This document shows positions 32,289 to 42,823 of a stretch of DNA of 64,000 nt, one piece after another. Origin of the DNA: an uncultured Sphingomonadales bacterium (GTDB lineage: Bacteria > Pseudomonadota > Alphaproteobacteria > Sphingomonadales > Sphingomonadaceae); contig CAIJLZ010000018.1 in assembly GCA_903821605.1 (NCBI GenBank), forward strand, positions 13,681 through 77,680. Direction: 5' to 3'. The stretch's first letter is position 1, and every line of letters starts with the position of its first letter. The notes beneath the pieces are model-generated. The model searched no databases and was not told the origin of the DNA. It saw only the letters and a program-made list of their open reading frames with translations. The translations under genes were made by a program, and so were the position numbers.

Positions 32289-33584
32289 CTATGCGTGGAT
32301 CAGTTGGTCCTCATGGTGCGCGAGGAATAGCTTGCCGCGTTCGGCCCAGAGCACGGCGGCAAGTGCGCCCCAGCCCAGCAGGAAATAACCGCCGACAATC
32401 GGCAACACCGTCCCGTCGAAAAGCTGGCCGACGATCAGCCCGATCACGGCGGCCAGCAGGGTTGAGATGAAGCCCTGCACCGAGGCAGCGGTGCCAGCCA
32501 GTTCGCCCATGCGCTCCATCGCCAATGCGCCGAAATTGGAACTGGCCAAGCCAAAGCAGATCATCGTGGCCGATTGCAATGCGGTGAAGCTCCACATGGT
32601 TTCCCACCCTGCCAACACCACGCCAAGGTGGGTGGTGGTGATCGCGATGAAGGCGAACACTGCTGTATGGGAAACACGGCGCGGGCCGAAGCGGCCGACG
32701 ATCCGGCTGTTGGTCGCGGCGGCGATCACCATGCCGAACGCGATCAGGGCGAAGATAAGCGGGAAATGTTCAAGATCATGAAACACATGATCAAATAGCT
32801 GTTGCGAACTGTTGAGGAAGCCGAGCAGCGCCCCGAACATCAACGACATCGCCAGCGTATAGCCCAGCGATCCCCGGTCGGTAAGCGCAGCCCGGAAACC
32901 GCGCATGATCACGCCGAAGCGGATCGGACGGCGATATTCGGGATGGAGTGTTTCCGGCATGCGCAGGCCGATCCATGTGGCGGTGCAAGTGGCGAACAGC
33001 GCCAGAAAGACGAAGATGGCGTGCCAACTGGATAAGACCAATATCAGCTTGCCCAGTGCCGGCGCGATAATCGGCACCGCAAGAAACACCATGAAGGCGA
33101 GCGAGACAACGCGCGCCATATGTCGGCCCGAAAAGCGGTCACGGACGATCGATACGGTGAGAATGCGGGTCGAGCCGGCAAACATGCCCATCAGCACCCG
33201 CGCCGCCACGACCGATGCAAAATCGGGGGCGGCAGCGGCGGCCAGCGCCATCAGCGCATAAAGCGCGACCGTAATGATCAGGATCGGTTTGCGGCCATAC
33301 CAATCCGACAATGGGCCATAGATCAATTGGGTGACGCCGAACCCGATCATATAGGCGGAAATGATCCACTGCCGGTCATTTTCGTTGGGAATGTGCAGAT
33401 CGTGGCCAAGCGCGGGCAGGGCCGGCAGCATGATGTCGATGCCAAGGGCGTTGATCGCCATGATGGCGGCGATCATGACGATGAATTCTTTCAGGCCGAC
33501 ACCCGGCGGCGGGCCGAGTTGGTCGGACGGGATCGGCGGCGGCAGCCCGCTGTTCGGGGTCGGCTCGATGTGCTGCAACGCCAC
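32289..33584 (-). CDS. MFS multidrug efflux transporter (Bcr/CflA-like)
   Basis: 431 aa with about 12 predicted helices and an MFS motif region (GPLSDWYGRKP). Confidence 0.85.
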   Translation of the reverse strand: MALQHIEPTPNSGLPPPIPSDQLGPPPGVGLKEFIVMIAAIMAINALGIDIMLPALPALGHDLHIPNENDRQWIISAYMIGFGVTQLIYGPLSDWYGRKPILIITVALYALMALAAAAAPDFASVVAARVLMGMFAGSTRILTVSIVRDRFSGRHMARVVSLAFMVFLAVPIIAPALGKLILVLSSWHAIFVFLALFATCTATWIGLRMPETLHPEYRRPIRFGVIMRGFRAALTDRGSLGYTLAMSLMFGALLGFLNSSQQLFDHVFHDLEHFPLIFALIAFGMVIAAATNSRIVGRFGPRRVSHTAVFAFIAITTTHLGVVLAGWETMWSFTALQSATMICFGLASSNFGALAMERMGELAGTAASVQGFISTLLAAVIGLIVGQLFDGTVLPIVGGYFLLGWGALAAVLWAERGKLFLAHHEDQLIHA

Positions 33585-33968
33585 GATACGGTGGTTCCTT
33601 CCCTTGGACGGTCGAACCTGCCGCCTAAGGGCTGAACGCGCGCGTGTCTATGGCTGGCGCGGCGCGCGGTCGGGGTAAGCGCTGGTCGTGTCAGCTATTG
33701 CGAGTTGCCCAGCGCATAAGCCGGAAGGCCACGAGTGTGATGTCGCAGCTCCGCCCGACCGGGAGGTGGCGTCGGACGATATGCCCGTTCAGCTTGGCCG
33801 TGGAGGATGTGGCCTGGTCCCAAGGGCGGGCGGTGAAGGGTAGGGTGGATTGGTCCATCATGCTGATGGTCTTGCCATCAAGCTGTGACAGGACTGTGTG
33901 ATTCGGATGACGAGTTGGTGACAATCGCGACCTGCGTCCTGATGTGCCGTCCCGGTGCCGCGCGCTCT

Positions 33969-35657
33969 TTAGTGCGTGGCTTTCCAGAAGCGCGGCATGT
34001 CTGACAAGGTATCGCGAACGGCTTTTGCGGCGGCGATGAGATCAGGCTCATCGCCGCGGCGCAGATCAAGCGCGGCATCAAGACAGGCTTGCAACCGGGT
34101 GCGTTCAATGGCGTTAAGCTGTTCGAATCCAGCCTCGACTGGCGCGCTGCCGATCGTCAGATCATTGAGGTCGCCGAGCACGTCCTGCATCCGGCCTAAT
34201 TCCGCCGCCATGGCGCGGGATTCCGCGACACGGTCAGGAAATAGGCCAGCCAGAAACTCGACGGCATAGCGCAATTTCTTGGTGGCGATGCGAAGCTGGT
34301 GGCGGTCGTTCGGGGCGAGTTCGGCGATGTGGCGGCTGTCCTTCATTGCTGCTCGCCAGCGTTTTTTGAGCGCGGCAGCAGCGAAGACGGGGGCGGGCGG
34401 TTGTTTATCAGCGGGGCGACGCCATTCGCCCGCTTCGAGCCAGCATGTCAGCTCGAACAACAGGCGCTGGCAGGATTCACTGTCGAGCAACTGGCGGACA
34501 TCGGCATAGGTGGCGATCCGCTGGCGCGCCAATTGGTCGCACAGTAATTCGACATCGCGCAGGTCTTGCCCCTTGGGCTTGCTGATCATGGCGGTGATCA
34601 CATCAAGATTGCGGGCCGGGCCAAGCGCGCGGGCAAGCCGGGCGAGTTCCGCCCGCATCAGCCGGGATTGGTCATCGCCGAGCAGGTCGCGAAACAGGGT
34701 GCAGGCAGCCCGCCAGCGCCGCAGCGCAACCCGGCATTGGTGCAGTGCCTCGCCATCCGCGCGGTCGATCACCAGCCGGTAATTGTCGAGAAAATGGGTG
34801 AGACAATGCCAGCCAATCTGTTGAAACAGGTGCGGCACCGATAGGCGGGGGCTGAGGCGGATGGGCCGGGCGCGCGCCGCTTGCCGGTCCATATCCCGCG
34901 CCAGCGCATAGGCGCGCTGCCCTTTGCTGACGGTCGACCAGCATAATTGCGGGCCAAGTGGCAAAGAGCGCGTGAAGTCGAGCAGATCGGCGACATTGCC
35001 GCGTTTGAGTTCAAGTTCGATCTCGGCAATCGGCTCGCGGCGCTCCCCGGCAACAATGGCGCCGATGTCGAGCACGACCTCGATATCGGATCGGCCATGA
35101 CGCAGCAGCCAGACGCGCCGTTCCACCTTCAGCACCGCAAAGGCAGGCAAGGGGTGCTGCCCGATCAGGCGTTCAAGCCGTTTGCGCGGGCGCTGGGGGA
35201 GCAGGCCAAGATCAATGCCCGGCGTGAGGAGTGGCCGGTCCCATTCGGCGCGCTCCATCGGCCGCGCCGAACTTGCGGGCATTTTCACGCATTGCACCAT
35301 GCGGTCGTCGCTCTCGCGGATGCGCAGCACGATGCGGGCTTCGCTCAAGGCCCAGTCAGGGGTGTCGAAATAGCTGGTGCGCATGTGCCGCAGCCGGGGT
35401 TCGGCTGCGAGCAGGCGATGCGCCAACATGCCGGTGGCATCGCCATCGGGAAGCAGCAGCTTGATCTCGATTTCTCGCGCGCTGTTGGTCACCACATCCC
35501 GTCCTTGCCCCGAGTCGGGCGCATTTTCCCTGCGGTTGTTAGCATGCGGAGAATTCTGCTGTCTCCACGTAGCGCTACGGAGGGCAAGTGGTACAGTTTC
35601 GTTGACATTCGGGGGGAGGTTGGACATTGCAGGGGCCTTCGACCCGGGCCACCGCAA
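33969..35657 (-). CDS. CYTH plus CHAD domain protein (triphosphatase-like)
   Basis: The ExExK signature (REIEIKLLL) opens the CYTH domain, and the C-terminal half is helical and CHAD-like. The real start is possibly the GTG at 35495, which is preceded by AAGGAC. Confidence 0.8.
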   Translation of the reverse strand: MRWPGSKAPAMSNLPPNVNETVPLALRSATWRQQNSPHANNRRENAPDSGQGRDVVTNSAREIEIKLLLPDGDATGMLAHRLLAAEPRLRHMRTSYFDTPDWALSEARIVLRIRESDDRMVQCVKMPASSARPMERAEWDRPLLTPGIDLGLLPQRPRKRLERLIGQHPLPAFAVLKVERRVWLLRHGRSDIEVVLDIGAIVAGERREPIAEIELELKRGNVADLLDFTRSLPLGPQLCWSTVSKGQRAYALARDMDRQAARARPIRLSPRLSVPHLFQQIGWHCLTHFLDNYRLVIDRADGEALHQCRVALRRWRAACTLFRDLLGDDQSRLMRAELARLARALGPARNLDVITAMISKPKGQDLRDVELLCDQLARQRIATYADVRQLLDSESCQRLLFELTCWLEAGEWRRPADKQPPAPVFAAAALKKRWRAAMKDSRHIAELAPNDRHQLRIATKKLRYAVEFLAGLFPDRVAESRAMAAELGRMQDVLGDLNDLTIGSAPVEAGFEQLNAIERTRLQACLDAALDLRRGDEPDLIAAAKAVRDTLSDMPRFWKATH

Positions 35658-35698
35658 CGTGCCGCCGGGATGGATATCTCGCCATCGAGGACCAGACC

Positions 35699-36559
35699 AT
35701 GTCCACCACGTTCACGCTCGATACCAGCACCTCGCGCGCCAACCCGATGCCCGCGCCGATGCGGCGGCTTACCGTGCCGGCGATCCGTCAGCGCAAGGGC
35801 GGCGAGCCGCTTGTGATGCTGACCGCCTATACGGCGCGCACGGCGCAGTTGTTGGACCCGCATTGCGATATGCTGTTGGTCGGGGATTCGCTGGCGCAGG
35901 TGATTTACGGCTTGCCGTCCACCATTCCCGTCACGGTCGATATGATGTGCGCGCATGGCGCGGCGGTGGTGCGCGGTTCCTATCATAGCCTTGTCGTGAT
36001 CGACCTGCCATTCGGCTCTTATGAAGCAAGCCCGGTGCAGGCGTTCGAGACATCGGCGCGGATCATGAAGGAAACCGGCGCGGCGGCGGTCAAGCTGGAA
36101 GGCGGGGCGGTCATGGCGGAAACCATCAGATTCCTGACGGCGCGCGGCATTCCCGTGATCGGCCATATCGGCCTGACGCCGCAGGCGGTGAACACGCTGG
36201 GCGGCTATGGCGTGCGCGGCCGCAGCAAGGCCGAAGCCGACAAAATTGTCGCAGACGCCAAGGCGATTGATGAGGCCGGGGCAATTGCCATCGTGGTGGA
36301 AGGCGTGGTTGAACCGATTGCCATCGCCGTGACCGAAGCCGTGGCCTGTCCGACGATCGGCATTGGCGCATCGGCACATTGCGACGGCCAGGTGTTGGTG
36401 ACGGAGGACATGCTCGGCATGTTTGATCGCGTGCCGCGTTTCGTGAAGCGCTATCATGAGATTGGCGAGGAAATCGCGCAGGCCGCCGCCAATTATGCCG
36501 CCGACGTGCGAAGTCGCGCCTTTCCGACCCCAGAACAGACATATCAGCCCAAGGACTGA
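35699..36559 (+). CDS. panB: 3-methyl-2-oxobutanoate hydroxymethyltransferase
   Basis: LVMLTAYTA...MLLVGDSL...VKLEGG motifs. The ATG at 35699 is preferred over the track start at 35627. Confidence 0.92.
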   Translation: MSTTFTLDTSTSRANPMPAPMRRLTVPAIRQRKGGEPLVMLTAYTARTAQLLDPHCDMLLVGDSLAQVIYGLPSTIPVTVDMMCAHGAAVVRGSYHSLVVIDLPFGSYEASPVQAFETSARIMKETGAAAVKLEGGAVMAETIRFLTARGIPVIGHIGLTPQAVNTLGGYGVRGRSKAEADKIVADAKAIDEAGAIAIVVEGVVEPIAIAVTEAVACPTIGIGASAHCDGQVLVTEDMLGMFDRVPRFVKRYHEIGEEIAQAAANYAADVRSRAFPTPEQTYQPKD

Positions 36560-36658
36560 TCCACCGCCCATCGCACCTTCGGGCCAACGGATGAAAGGGC
36601 TTTCGCCCATCCGGTTCTGGCTCTAAGGTCGCGCCCGAACCGATCCCATTCGCTGGAG

Positions 36659-37399
36659 ATGATGTTGGCCCTGCCGCCCGAGCCCGAGCATAACGAAGCG
36701 TTCCTGCGCGAAGTTGAAGAAGAATATCGCCGCGACCAGATCACCGGCTTCTGGCGGCGCTGGCGCGTGACCATCATTGGTGGTGTCGTGCTGGGGCTCG
36801 CATCGCTGGGCGGCTGGGAATATTGGCAGCACAATCGTGCCCAACAGGCCGAGGCGGACGGCCAGTTGCTTGATGCGACGCTGACCGCCTTGGGCGCAGG
36901 GAATTTCGGCGGCGTCACCGCGAATCTCGCGAAGTTGGAACAGTCGCATGTTGCGGCGTATCGCGCTTCCGCGCTGATGACCGAAGCTGCGGTGGCAATG
37001 GCGCAGAACAAGCAAAGCGCGGCTATTGCGAAATATGCGGTGGTCTTGGCGGATGACAGCCTGCCCCGCCCGTTCCGCGATGCGGCCCTCGTGCGGCAGA
37101 CGGCGTTGGAATATGATACAATGGCGCCGCAGGCGGTGATCGACCGGCTGAAGCCACTCGCGATTCCGGGCAATGCTTGGTTTGGTTCGGCAGGTGAAAT
37201 GACAGCGCTGGCCTTGGTCAAGCTCAACAAGACGCAAGAGGCGGCCACCATGTTCGCGGCAATTGCCAAGGATGAACAGGTGCCTGCATCGCTGCGTCGG
37301 CGGGCGACCCAAATGGCGGGTTCGCTGGGTGTCGATGCGCTGGGCGAAGTGCCCGGTGCGGAAGAGAATAATGTGAATGGGAAGGACAAGGGCGAATGA
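36659..37399 (+). CDS. YfgM-like TPR membrane protein
   Basis: One N-terminal TM helix (WRVTIIGGVVLGLASLGGW) and a TPR-like periplasmic part. It sits directly upstream of bamB-der, as yfgM does in E. coli. Confidence 0.6.
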   Translation: MMLALPPEPEHNEAFLREVEEEYRRDQITGFWRRWRVTIIGGVVLGLASLGGWEYWQHNRAQQAEADGQLLDATLTALGAGNFGGVTANLAKLEQSHVAAYRASALMTEAAVAMAQNKQSAAIAKYAVVLADDSLPRPFRDAALVRQTALEYDTMAPQAVIDRLKPLAIPGNAWFGSAGEMTALALVKLNKTQEAATMFAAIAKDEQVPASLRRRATQMAGSLGVDALGEVPGAEENNVNGKDKGE

Positions 37400-38718
37400 A
37401 GCGCGTCGTACTGGCCATGGCGATGTTGGGCACCCTGTCTGCCTGTGGAATCATTGGCGGAGGCGGCGACAAGAAGCCGAAGACGCCGGTGCTGGGTAAT
37501 CGTATCCCAGTGCTCAACGCCGATAGCGATGTCGAGGTGGATCCGGCGTTGGCGGACGTCAATGTCCTGCTGCCGCCACCCGAACCGAATGATGCATGGA
37601 GCCAGCCGGGCGGCAATGCCGCCAAGTCGATGGGCAATCTTGCACTGTCGCGCAGCCCGCAACGGGTGTGGAGCGTTTCGATCGGTCAGGGCAGCAGCAA
37701 GCGCGCCCGGATCGGCGCGGCGCCGGTGGTGTCGGACGGCAAGCTGTTCGCCATGGATGCGGATGCCAATATCAAGGCGTTCGATGCGCAGACCGGTCGT
37801 GCCCTGTGGTCCGCCCGCTTGGGTAATAAGGAAGACGAGCGCTCGCTGTTTGGCGGCGGCGTCAGTGCGCAGGATGGCAAGGTTTACGCCACCAACGGGG
37901 TGGGCGAAGTCGCTGCGATCGATGCCACGAACGGCAATGTGTTGTGGCGGGTGAAGCCGGGCGGTCCGCTGCGTGGGTCGCCTTCGATTGGCTATGGTAA
38001 TATCTATGTGATTAGCCAGGACAACCAGATTTTCGCGCTTGAAGCCGCGACTGGCAAGCTTGCGTGGAACGAGGCGAGCACGCTGGAAATCGCGGGCATC
38101 TTCGGTGCAGCGGCACCGGCGGTGGCGCAGGGCACGGTGGTTGCCGGTTTCTCGTCGGGCGAACTCACTGCTTATCGCTACGAAAATGGCCGTGTCTTGT
38201 GGCAGGATGCGCTGACCCGCACCAATATGATGACGACGGTGTCGGCGCTCGCCGATATCGACGCCAGCCCGGTGATCGATGGCGGTCGTGTATATGCGAT
38301 TGGCAAAGGCGGCCGCATGGTCGCGCTTGAAATGCTGACCGGCCAGCGGCTGTGGGAAATCAACGTGGCGGGCATTGCCACGCCTTGGGTGGTGGGTGAC
38401 TGGATCTATGCGATCAGTGACGATGCGCGCCTGATGTGCATCAATCGCAACAGCGGCCGGATCAAGTGGATCAGCCAGTTGCCGCGGTACAAGAACAAGA
38501 AGAAAAAGAACAAGCCGATCAGTTGGGTCGGGCCGGTGCTGGCGGGCAATCGCCTGATTCTGGCCTCGTCCGATGGTCGCCTGACCAATGTCGAGCCGTT
38601 GCTTGGCACGGTGGGTGCCACGGCGGACGCCAAGGGGTCGGTCATGGTCCAGCCGGTCGTCGCCAACAACATGCTTTATATTCTCGATGACGAGGGCAAA
38701 ATCAGCGCGTGGAAATGA
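37396..38718 (+). CDS. bamB: outer membrane protein assembly factor BamB (PQQ-like beta-propeller lipoprotein)
   Basis: Lipobox LGTLSACG and repeated PQQ-like blades (DGKLFAMD, DGKVYATN, ...). ATGA overlap with the upstream gene. Confidence 0.8.
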   Translation: MKRVVLAMAMLGTLSACGIIGGGGDKKPKTPVLGNRIPVLNADSDVEVDPALADVNVLLPPPEPNDAWSQPGGNAAKSMGNLALSRSPQRVWSVSIGQGSSKRARIGAAPVVSDGKLFAMDADANIKAFDAQTGRALWSARLGNKEDERSLFGGGVSAQDGKVYATNGVGEVAAIDATNGNVLWRVKPGGPLRGSPSIGYGNIYVISQDNQIFALEAATGKLAWNEASTLEIAGIFGAAAPAVAQGTVVAGFSSGELTAYRYENGRVLWQDALTRTNMMTTVSALADIDASPVIDGGRVYAIGKGGRMVALEMLTGQRLWEINVAGIATPWVVGDWIYAISDDARLMCINRNSGRIKWISQLPRYKNKKKKNKPISWVGPVLAGNRLILASSDGRLTNVEPLLGTVGATADAKGSVMVQPVVANNMLYILDDEGKISAWK

Positions 38719-40097
38719 ATAAACTTCCGGTTATTGCCATCGTAGGCAGGCCGAATGTCGGCAAGTCGACCCTGTTTAACCGTCTCGTGGGCAAGAAGCT
38801 GGCGCTGGTCGATGACCAGCCCGGCGTGACGCGTGACCGGCGGGAAGGCGCTGCCAACCTGCTGGGCTGCGACTTCCGTATCATCGATACGGCGGGCTTT
38901 GAAGAAGACGACCCGCAGACCCTGCCGGGCCGGATGCGGGCGCAGACCGAAGCCGCGGTCAAAATGGCCGATGCCGTGCTGTTCATGATCGACGCGCGCG
39001 TTGGTCTTGTGCCGCTTGATCAGGAAATTGGTCGTTGGCTGCGCAATGGCGATGTGCCGGTGATCCTCTTGGCGAACAAGGCCGAGGGCCGGGCAGGCGT
39101 AGACGGCATTCTGGATGCGTTTTCGCTGGGCTTTGCCGAACCGATTCCGTTCAGCGCCGAACATGGTGAGGGGCTGGTTGACCTGTTCGAGGCACTGCGT
39201 CCCTATATCGACCGTGGCGATGAAGTCGACGAGCCGGAAGAAGAGTTGGACGATGAGGCGCTGCTGGCGCTGCCGCTCAAGCTGGCGATTGTTGGCCGTC
39301 CCAATGCGGGCAAATCGACCTTGGTCAACAAGCTGCTGGGCGAGGACCGGATGATCACCGGGCCGGAAGCGGGCATCACCCGCGATTCGATCAGCATCGA
39401 CTGGATGTGGAAGGACGCCTCTGGTCGCGAACGCGCGGTGCGGTTGGTCGATACGGCGGGCCTGCGCAAAAAGGCGCGGGTGCAAGACAAGCTGGAAAAG
39501 CTGTCGGTGGCGGATACGCTGCGTTCAGTCGACTTTGCCGAGGTCGTGGTGCTGTTGCTTGATGCGACGCGCGGGCTGGAGTTACAGGATCTCAAAATTG
39601 CCGATCAAATCTGGTCGGAAGGGCGAGCCTTGTTGATCGTCCTCAATAAATGGGACGTTGCCGAGGGGCAGAGCAGCCTGTTTCAGGGTGTGCGCGGGGC
39701 GCTGGATGAAGGTCTGGCACAGGCCAAGAATGTGCCGCTGCTCGCGGTGTCGGCGCGGACCGGCAAGGGGCTGGACCAGATGCTGGGCGCGGCCTTTGAA
39801 ATTCGCGAACAATGGTCGAAGCGCGTGAGCACCGGCCAGCTCAACCGTTGGTTCGAGCGCGCGATTGAGAATAACCCGCCGCCCGCCCCCGGTGGAAAGC
39901 GGATCAAGCTGCGGTACATGACGCAGATCAAGACGCGGCCGCCGACGTTCGTCATCTTCGGCAACCGGACGGATGAGTTGCCCGAAAGCTATCGGCGCTA
40001 TCTCGTCAACGGGCTGCGGCGCGAGCTGGGCTTCGGCACGGTGCCGGTGCGCCTGACGCTGCGGTCATCGCGCAACCCTTATGACAAGAAGGACTGA
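38715..40097 (+). CDS. der: ribosome biogenesis GTPase Der (EngA)
   Basis: Two G domains (IVGRPNVGKST and IVGRPNAGKST) plus a KH-like C-terminus. The ATG at 38715 overlaps the bamB stop as ATGA. Confidence 0.95.
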   Translation: MNKLPVIAIVGRPNVGKSTLFNRLVGKKLALVDDQPGVTRDRREGAANLLGCDFRIIDTAGFEEDDPQTLPGRMRAQTEAAVKMADAVLFMIDARVGLVPLDQEIGRWLRNGDVPVILLANKAEGRAGVDGILDAFSLGFAEPIPFSAEHGEGLVDLFEALRPYIDRGDEVDEPEEELDDEALLALPLKLAIVGRPNAGKSTLVNKLLGEDRMITGPEAGITRDSISIDWMWKDASGRERAVRLVDTAGLRKKARVQDKLEKLSVADTLRSVDFAEVVVLLLDATRGLELQDLKIADQIWSEGRALLIVLNKWDVAEGQSSLFQGVRGALDEGLAQAKNVPLLAVSARTGKGLDQMLGAAFEIREQWSKRVSTGQLNRWFERAIENNPPPAPGGKRIKLRYMTQIKTRPPTFVIFGNRTDELPESYRRYLVNGLRRELGFGTVPVRLTLRSSRNPYDKKD

Positions 40098-40332
40098 GCC
40101 AGACAGCCGGATTGATGCCCGTGGCATGCGTTGTCCTTGGCCGGCGCTGCAACTGGGGCGCAAGCTGCGCGAGACGGGCGATGTGCCGGGGGCGATGGTG
40201 GTGATCATTGCCGATGATCCGCGTGCGCCCGGTGAATTGCGCGCTGTGGCCATGGCGCGCGGCTGGGCGGAAGTCCCCTCCGGTTCGGCGCATGAATTCC
40301 GCTTTGTCGCGCCGGAACGGACCAATGGGTAA
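40081..40332 (+). CDS. TusA/SirA-like sulfurtransferase
   Basis: 83 aa with the DARGMRCPWP (CPxP) active-site motif. Confidence 0.7.
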   Translation: MTRRTEPDSRIDARGMRCPWPALQLGRKLRETGDVPGAMVVIIADDPRAPGELRAVAMARGWAEVPSGSAHEFRFVAPERTNG

Positions 40333-40607
40333 GTCGGGCTTTACGCTGCCGGGTGCATAGAGGTTGTCGCCGGATGTTCCCCCGGCTTGGCGTTCCGATC
40401 CGAATGTGTCCCCGCGTTAAGGGGCGCCAATGCTCTCTGCGCCGTCGTCCGGTTCCCCCCGGGCGGCGGCGCTTCGCATCTGGCGCGGGCCTGGCCATGT
40501 CGTTCCGAGCCGAATTCATCCTTCGGTGAACTTGACGCCGACAAGCTGCGGATTTACCGGCTTTCACATCCACTTTACCCCGGATCACATCGCAAGGACG
40601 TTCTCAT

Positions 40608-41720
40608 ATGGCCACCGATACGCTTGATGTTCCCGCCACCACCGAATTTGTGGTTGAGCGTCATCCTGCGCCAGTCGATTCGGCCAAGCGGGCAGAGCTG
40701 ATTTCCAATCCCGGATTCGGCCGCGTGTTCACTGATCATATGGCGATCATCCGCTATACCGAAGGGCAGGGCTGGCACGATGCGAAGGTCACGGCGCGTG
40801 CGCCGATCCCGCTCGATCCGGCGGCGGCGGTGCTGCATTATGCGCAGGAAATTTTCGAGGGCATGAAAGCTTATCGGCTGGAAGATGGCGGCATGGCGCT
40901 GTTCCGTCCCGATATGAATGCCAAGCGGTTCCGTGATTCGGCCCGTCGCTTGGCGATGCCGGAAATCCCGCAGGACCTGTTCATCGATTCCGTCCGCAAG
41001 CTGGTGGCGATCGACCGCGACTGGTTCCCCAGCGTGGAGGGCGGTTCGCTTTATCTCCGCCCGTTCATGTTCGCGAGCGAGGTCTTTCTCGGCGTGAAGC
41101 CATCGTCGGAATATCTCTATATCGTCATCGCATCGGCGGTTGGCGGCTATTTCAAGGGTGGCGCACCGGCGGTTTCATTGTGGGTGTCGCAGGATTACAC
41201 CCGCGCCGCACCCGGCGGCACCGGCGATGCGAAATGCGGCGGCAACTATGCCGCCAGCCTGGCCGCGCAGGCGCAGGCGATCAGCATGGGCTTTGATCAG
41301 GTGGTGTTCCTTGATGCCGCCGAACGCCGCTGGGTCGAGGAACTGGGCGGCATGAACCTGTTCTTCGTGTTCGATGATGGCTCGCTGCTGACGCCACCGC
41401 TGGGCGGAACGATCCTGCCGGGCATTACCCGCGATTCGTTGCTGACCCTCGCGCGGGAGGAGGGGCTGTCGGTCCGCGAAGAACGTTATGGCATCGACCA
41501 ATGGGAAGCAGATGCGAAGAGTGGCCGTCTGGTCGAAACCTTCGCCTGCGGCACGGCGGCGGTGGTGACCCCGGTGGGCAAGGTCACGAACCCGTCGGGT
41601 AGCTTCACCATCGGTTCGGGTGGCCCCGGCCAGTTGACCCAGCGGCTCAAGCAGCGCCTCGTCGACATCCAGCGCGGCGTAGCGGCAGACCCGCATGACT
41701 GGGTGATGCGTCTCGGTTGA
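40608..41720 (+). CDS. ilvE: branched-chain amino acid aminotransferase
   Basis: 370 aa, long class IV type (HYAQEIFEGMKAYR...GGTGDAKCGGNYAAS). Confidence 0.92.
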   Translation: MATDTLDVPATTEFVVERHPAPVDSAKRAELISNPGFGRVFTDHMAIIRYTEGQGWHDAKVTARAPIPLDPAAAVLHYAQEIFEGMKAYRLEDGGMALFRPDMNAKRFRDSARRLAMPEIPQDLFIDSVRKLVAIDRDWFPSVEGGSLYLRPFMFASEVFLGVKPSSEYLYIVIASAVGGYFKGGAPAVSLWVSQDYTRAAPGGTGDAKCGGNYAASLAAQAQAISMGFDQVVFLDAAERRWVEELGGMNLFFVFDDGSLLTPPLGGTILPGITRDSLLTLAREEGLSVREERYGIDQWEADAKSGRLVETFACGTAAVVTPVGKVTNPSGSFTIGSGGPGQLTQRLKQRLVDIQRGVAADPHDWVMRLG

Positions 41721-41864
41721 GATGATGTGCCCGCATTGCCGGGCACAAGGCCATTGAGGCCATTGCCAATCGCGTCGGCCTTGGTATAGGACGGCGCGAC
41801 TTCGGGCGGCGGGATGTTCACCACCTCGCCACCCCGGCCCGCAATAGCGCGGCCAGACAGGTAT

Positions 41865-41939
41865 TGGGGCGTAGCCAAGCGGTAAGGCAGCGGTTTTTGG
41901 TACCGCCATTCGGAGGTTCGAGTCCTCCCGCCCCAGCCA
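41865..41939 (+). tRNA. tRNA-Gln (anticodon TTG)
   Basis: Acceptor TGGGGCG/CGCCCCA, anticodon stem-loop GCGGT-TTTTGGT-ACCGC, T-arm GGAGG-TTCGAGT-CCTCC, discriminator G and an encoded CCA. Confidence 0.92.
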
Positions 41940-42193
41940 GTCATCGGGAATGATAAAAACTTAAAATTTCAGATTTCTTGACGATCCTTGCGATTGTCTA
42001 GATCCATGTTTTATTTGATATTTATAAATCTTACTGATCTCAGCTCGCCGATTGCTGATTTTATCATTTATCTTCCTTGATTCGTATATGATTATCGATA
42101 CGATGACATTGTAAACGTATGAAAAAATGAGATATTTATTAATTACATTCATATTTGTTGTTAATATAATAAATTATTTGCGAGGTTTGTCTC

Positions 42194-42823
42194 ATGGACA
42201 TCGAAGTCCGTTCGCTGGGTCTGTATGAATGGCTGACACTCGCAGCGATCGTGCTTGGCCCGATAGTCGGTATCTGGGTCACTCGATCGATTGATGGGGC
42301 GAACGAGCGGCGCAAGAGACGCTGGGAGTTGTTTGTTACCTTGCGTCGCACTCGTGGCTTAGAATTGGCAGCCGACCACGTCGCCGCAATCAATATGGTC
42401 CCTGTACTGTTTGGTAAGGATCAGGGAGTCATGGAGGCATGGGGCTGCCTGCTGGACTCCCTGAACGATCCGTATTGGAACTCGACAGACGAAAAGGTCA
42501 AGAGGGCGACAGTCGACAGGAGTTTCACGCGGCGTATGGATCTAGTCAACGCGGTGGCCCTTGCGGTGAAGGTCAAGCTTCCCGACAAAGAGGAACATCG
42601 GCAGGGCTATGTGCCGATAGCGTGGTCCAACGAGATGCTTGAAACCATGGAAATCCGTAGACTCTTAAAACTAGTGTTAAAGGGACAGCAGTCGTTACAC
42701 ATGATCGCGGGAATCTGGCAGCTTCCACCCAATGATCAATCCCCCAGTGGCGATACAGACAGCGAAAACAAGCAGGGCATTTCACCCGATAGCGATGCAC
42801 TGCCGGGTGAAGCCCAAGGCTGA
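42194..42823 (+). CDS. hypothetical membrane-anchored protein (I recall similar DUF6680-like proteins; unverified)
   Basis: 209 aa with an N-terminal TM helix (WLTLAAIVLGPIVGIWV), an RRKRRWELF segment and an acidic, disordered tail. It lies in the lower-GC islet directly after the AT-rich tract. Confidence 0.6.
   Translation: MDIEVRSLGLYEWLTLAAIVLGPIVGIWVTRSIDGANERRKRRWELFVTLRRTRGLELAADHVAAINMVPVLFGKDQGVMEAWGCLLDSLNDPYWNSTDEKVKRATVDRSFTRRMDLVNAVALAVKVKLPDKEEHRQGYVPIAWSNEMLETMEIRRLLKLVLKGQQSLHMIAGIWQLPPNDQSPSGDTDSENKQGISPDSDALPGEAQG

Noticed and set aside
41961-42152. 63-codon minus ORF inside the AT-rich tract (MNVINKYLIFSYVYNVIVSIIIYESRK...), considered as a small membrane toxin.
   Set aside because: It has no Shine-Dalgarno sequence. 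Its composition simply mirrors the AT-rich DNA (Ile/Asn/Lys/Tyr). I kept it as a remark within the AT-tract finding and did not call it as a gene.
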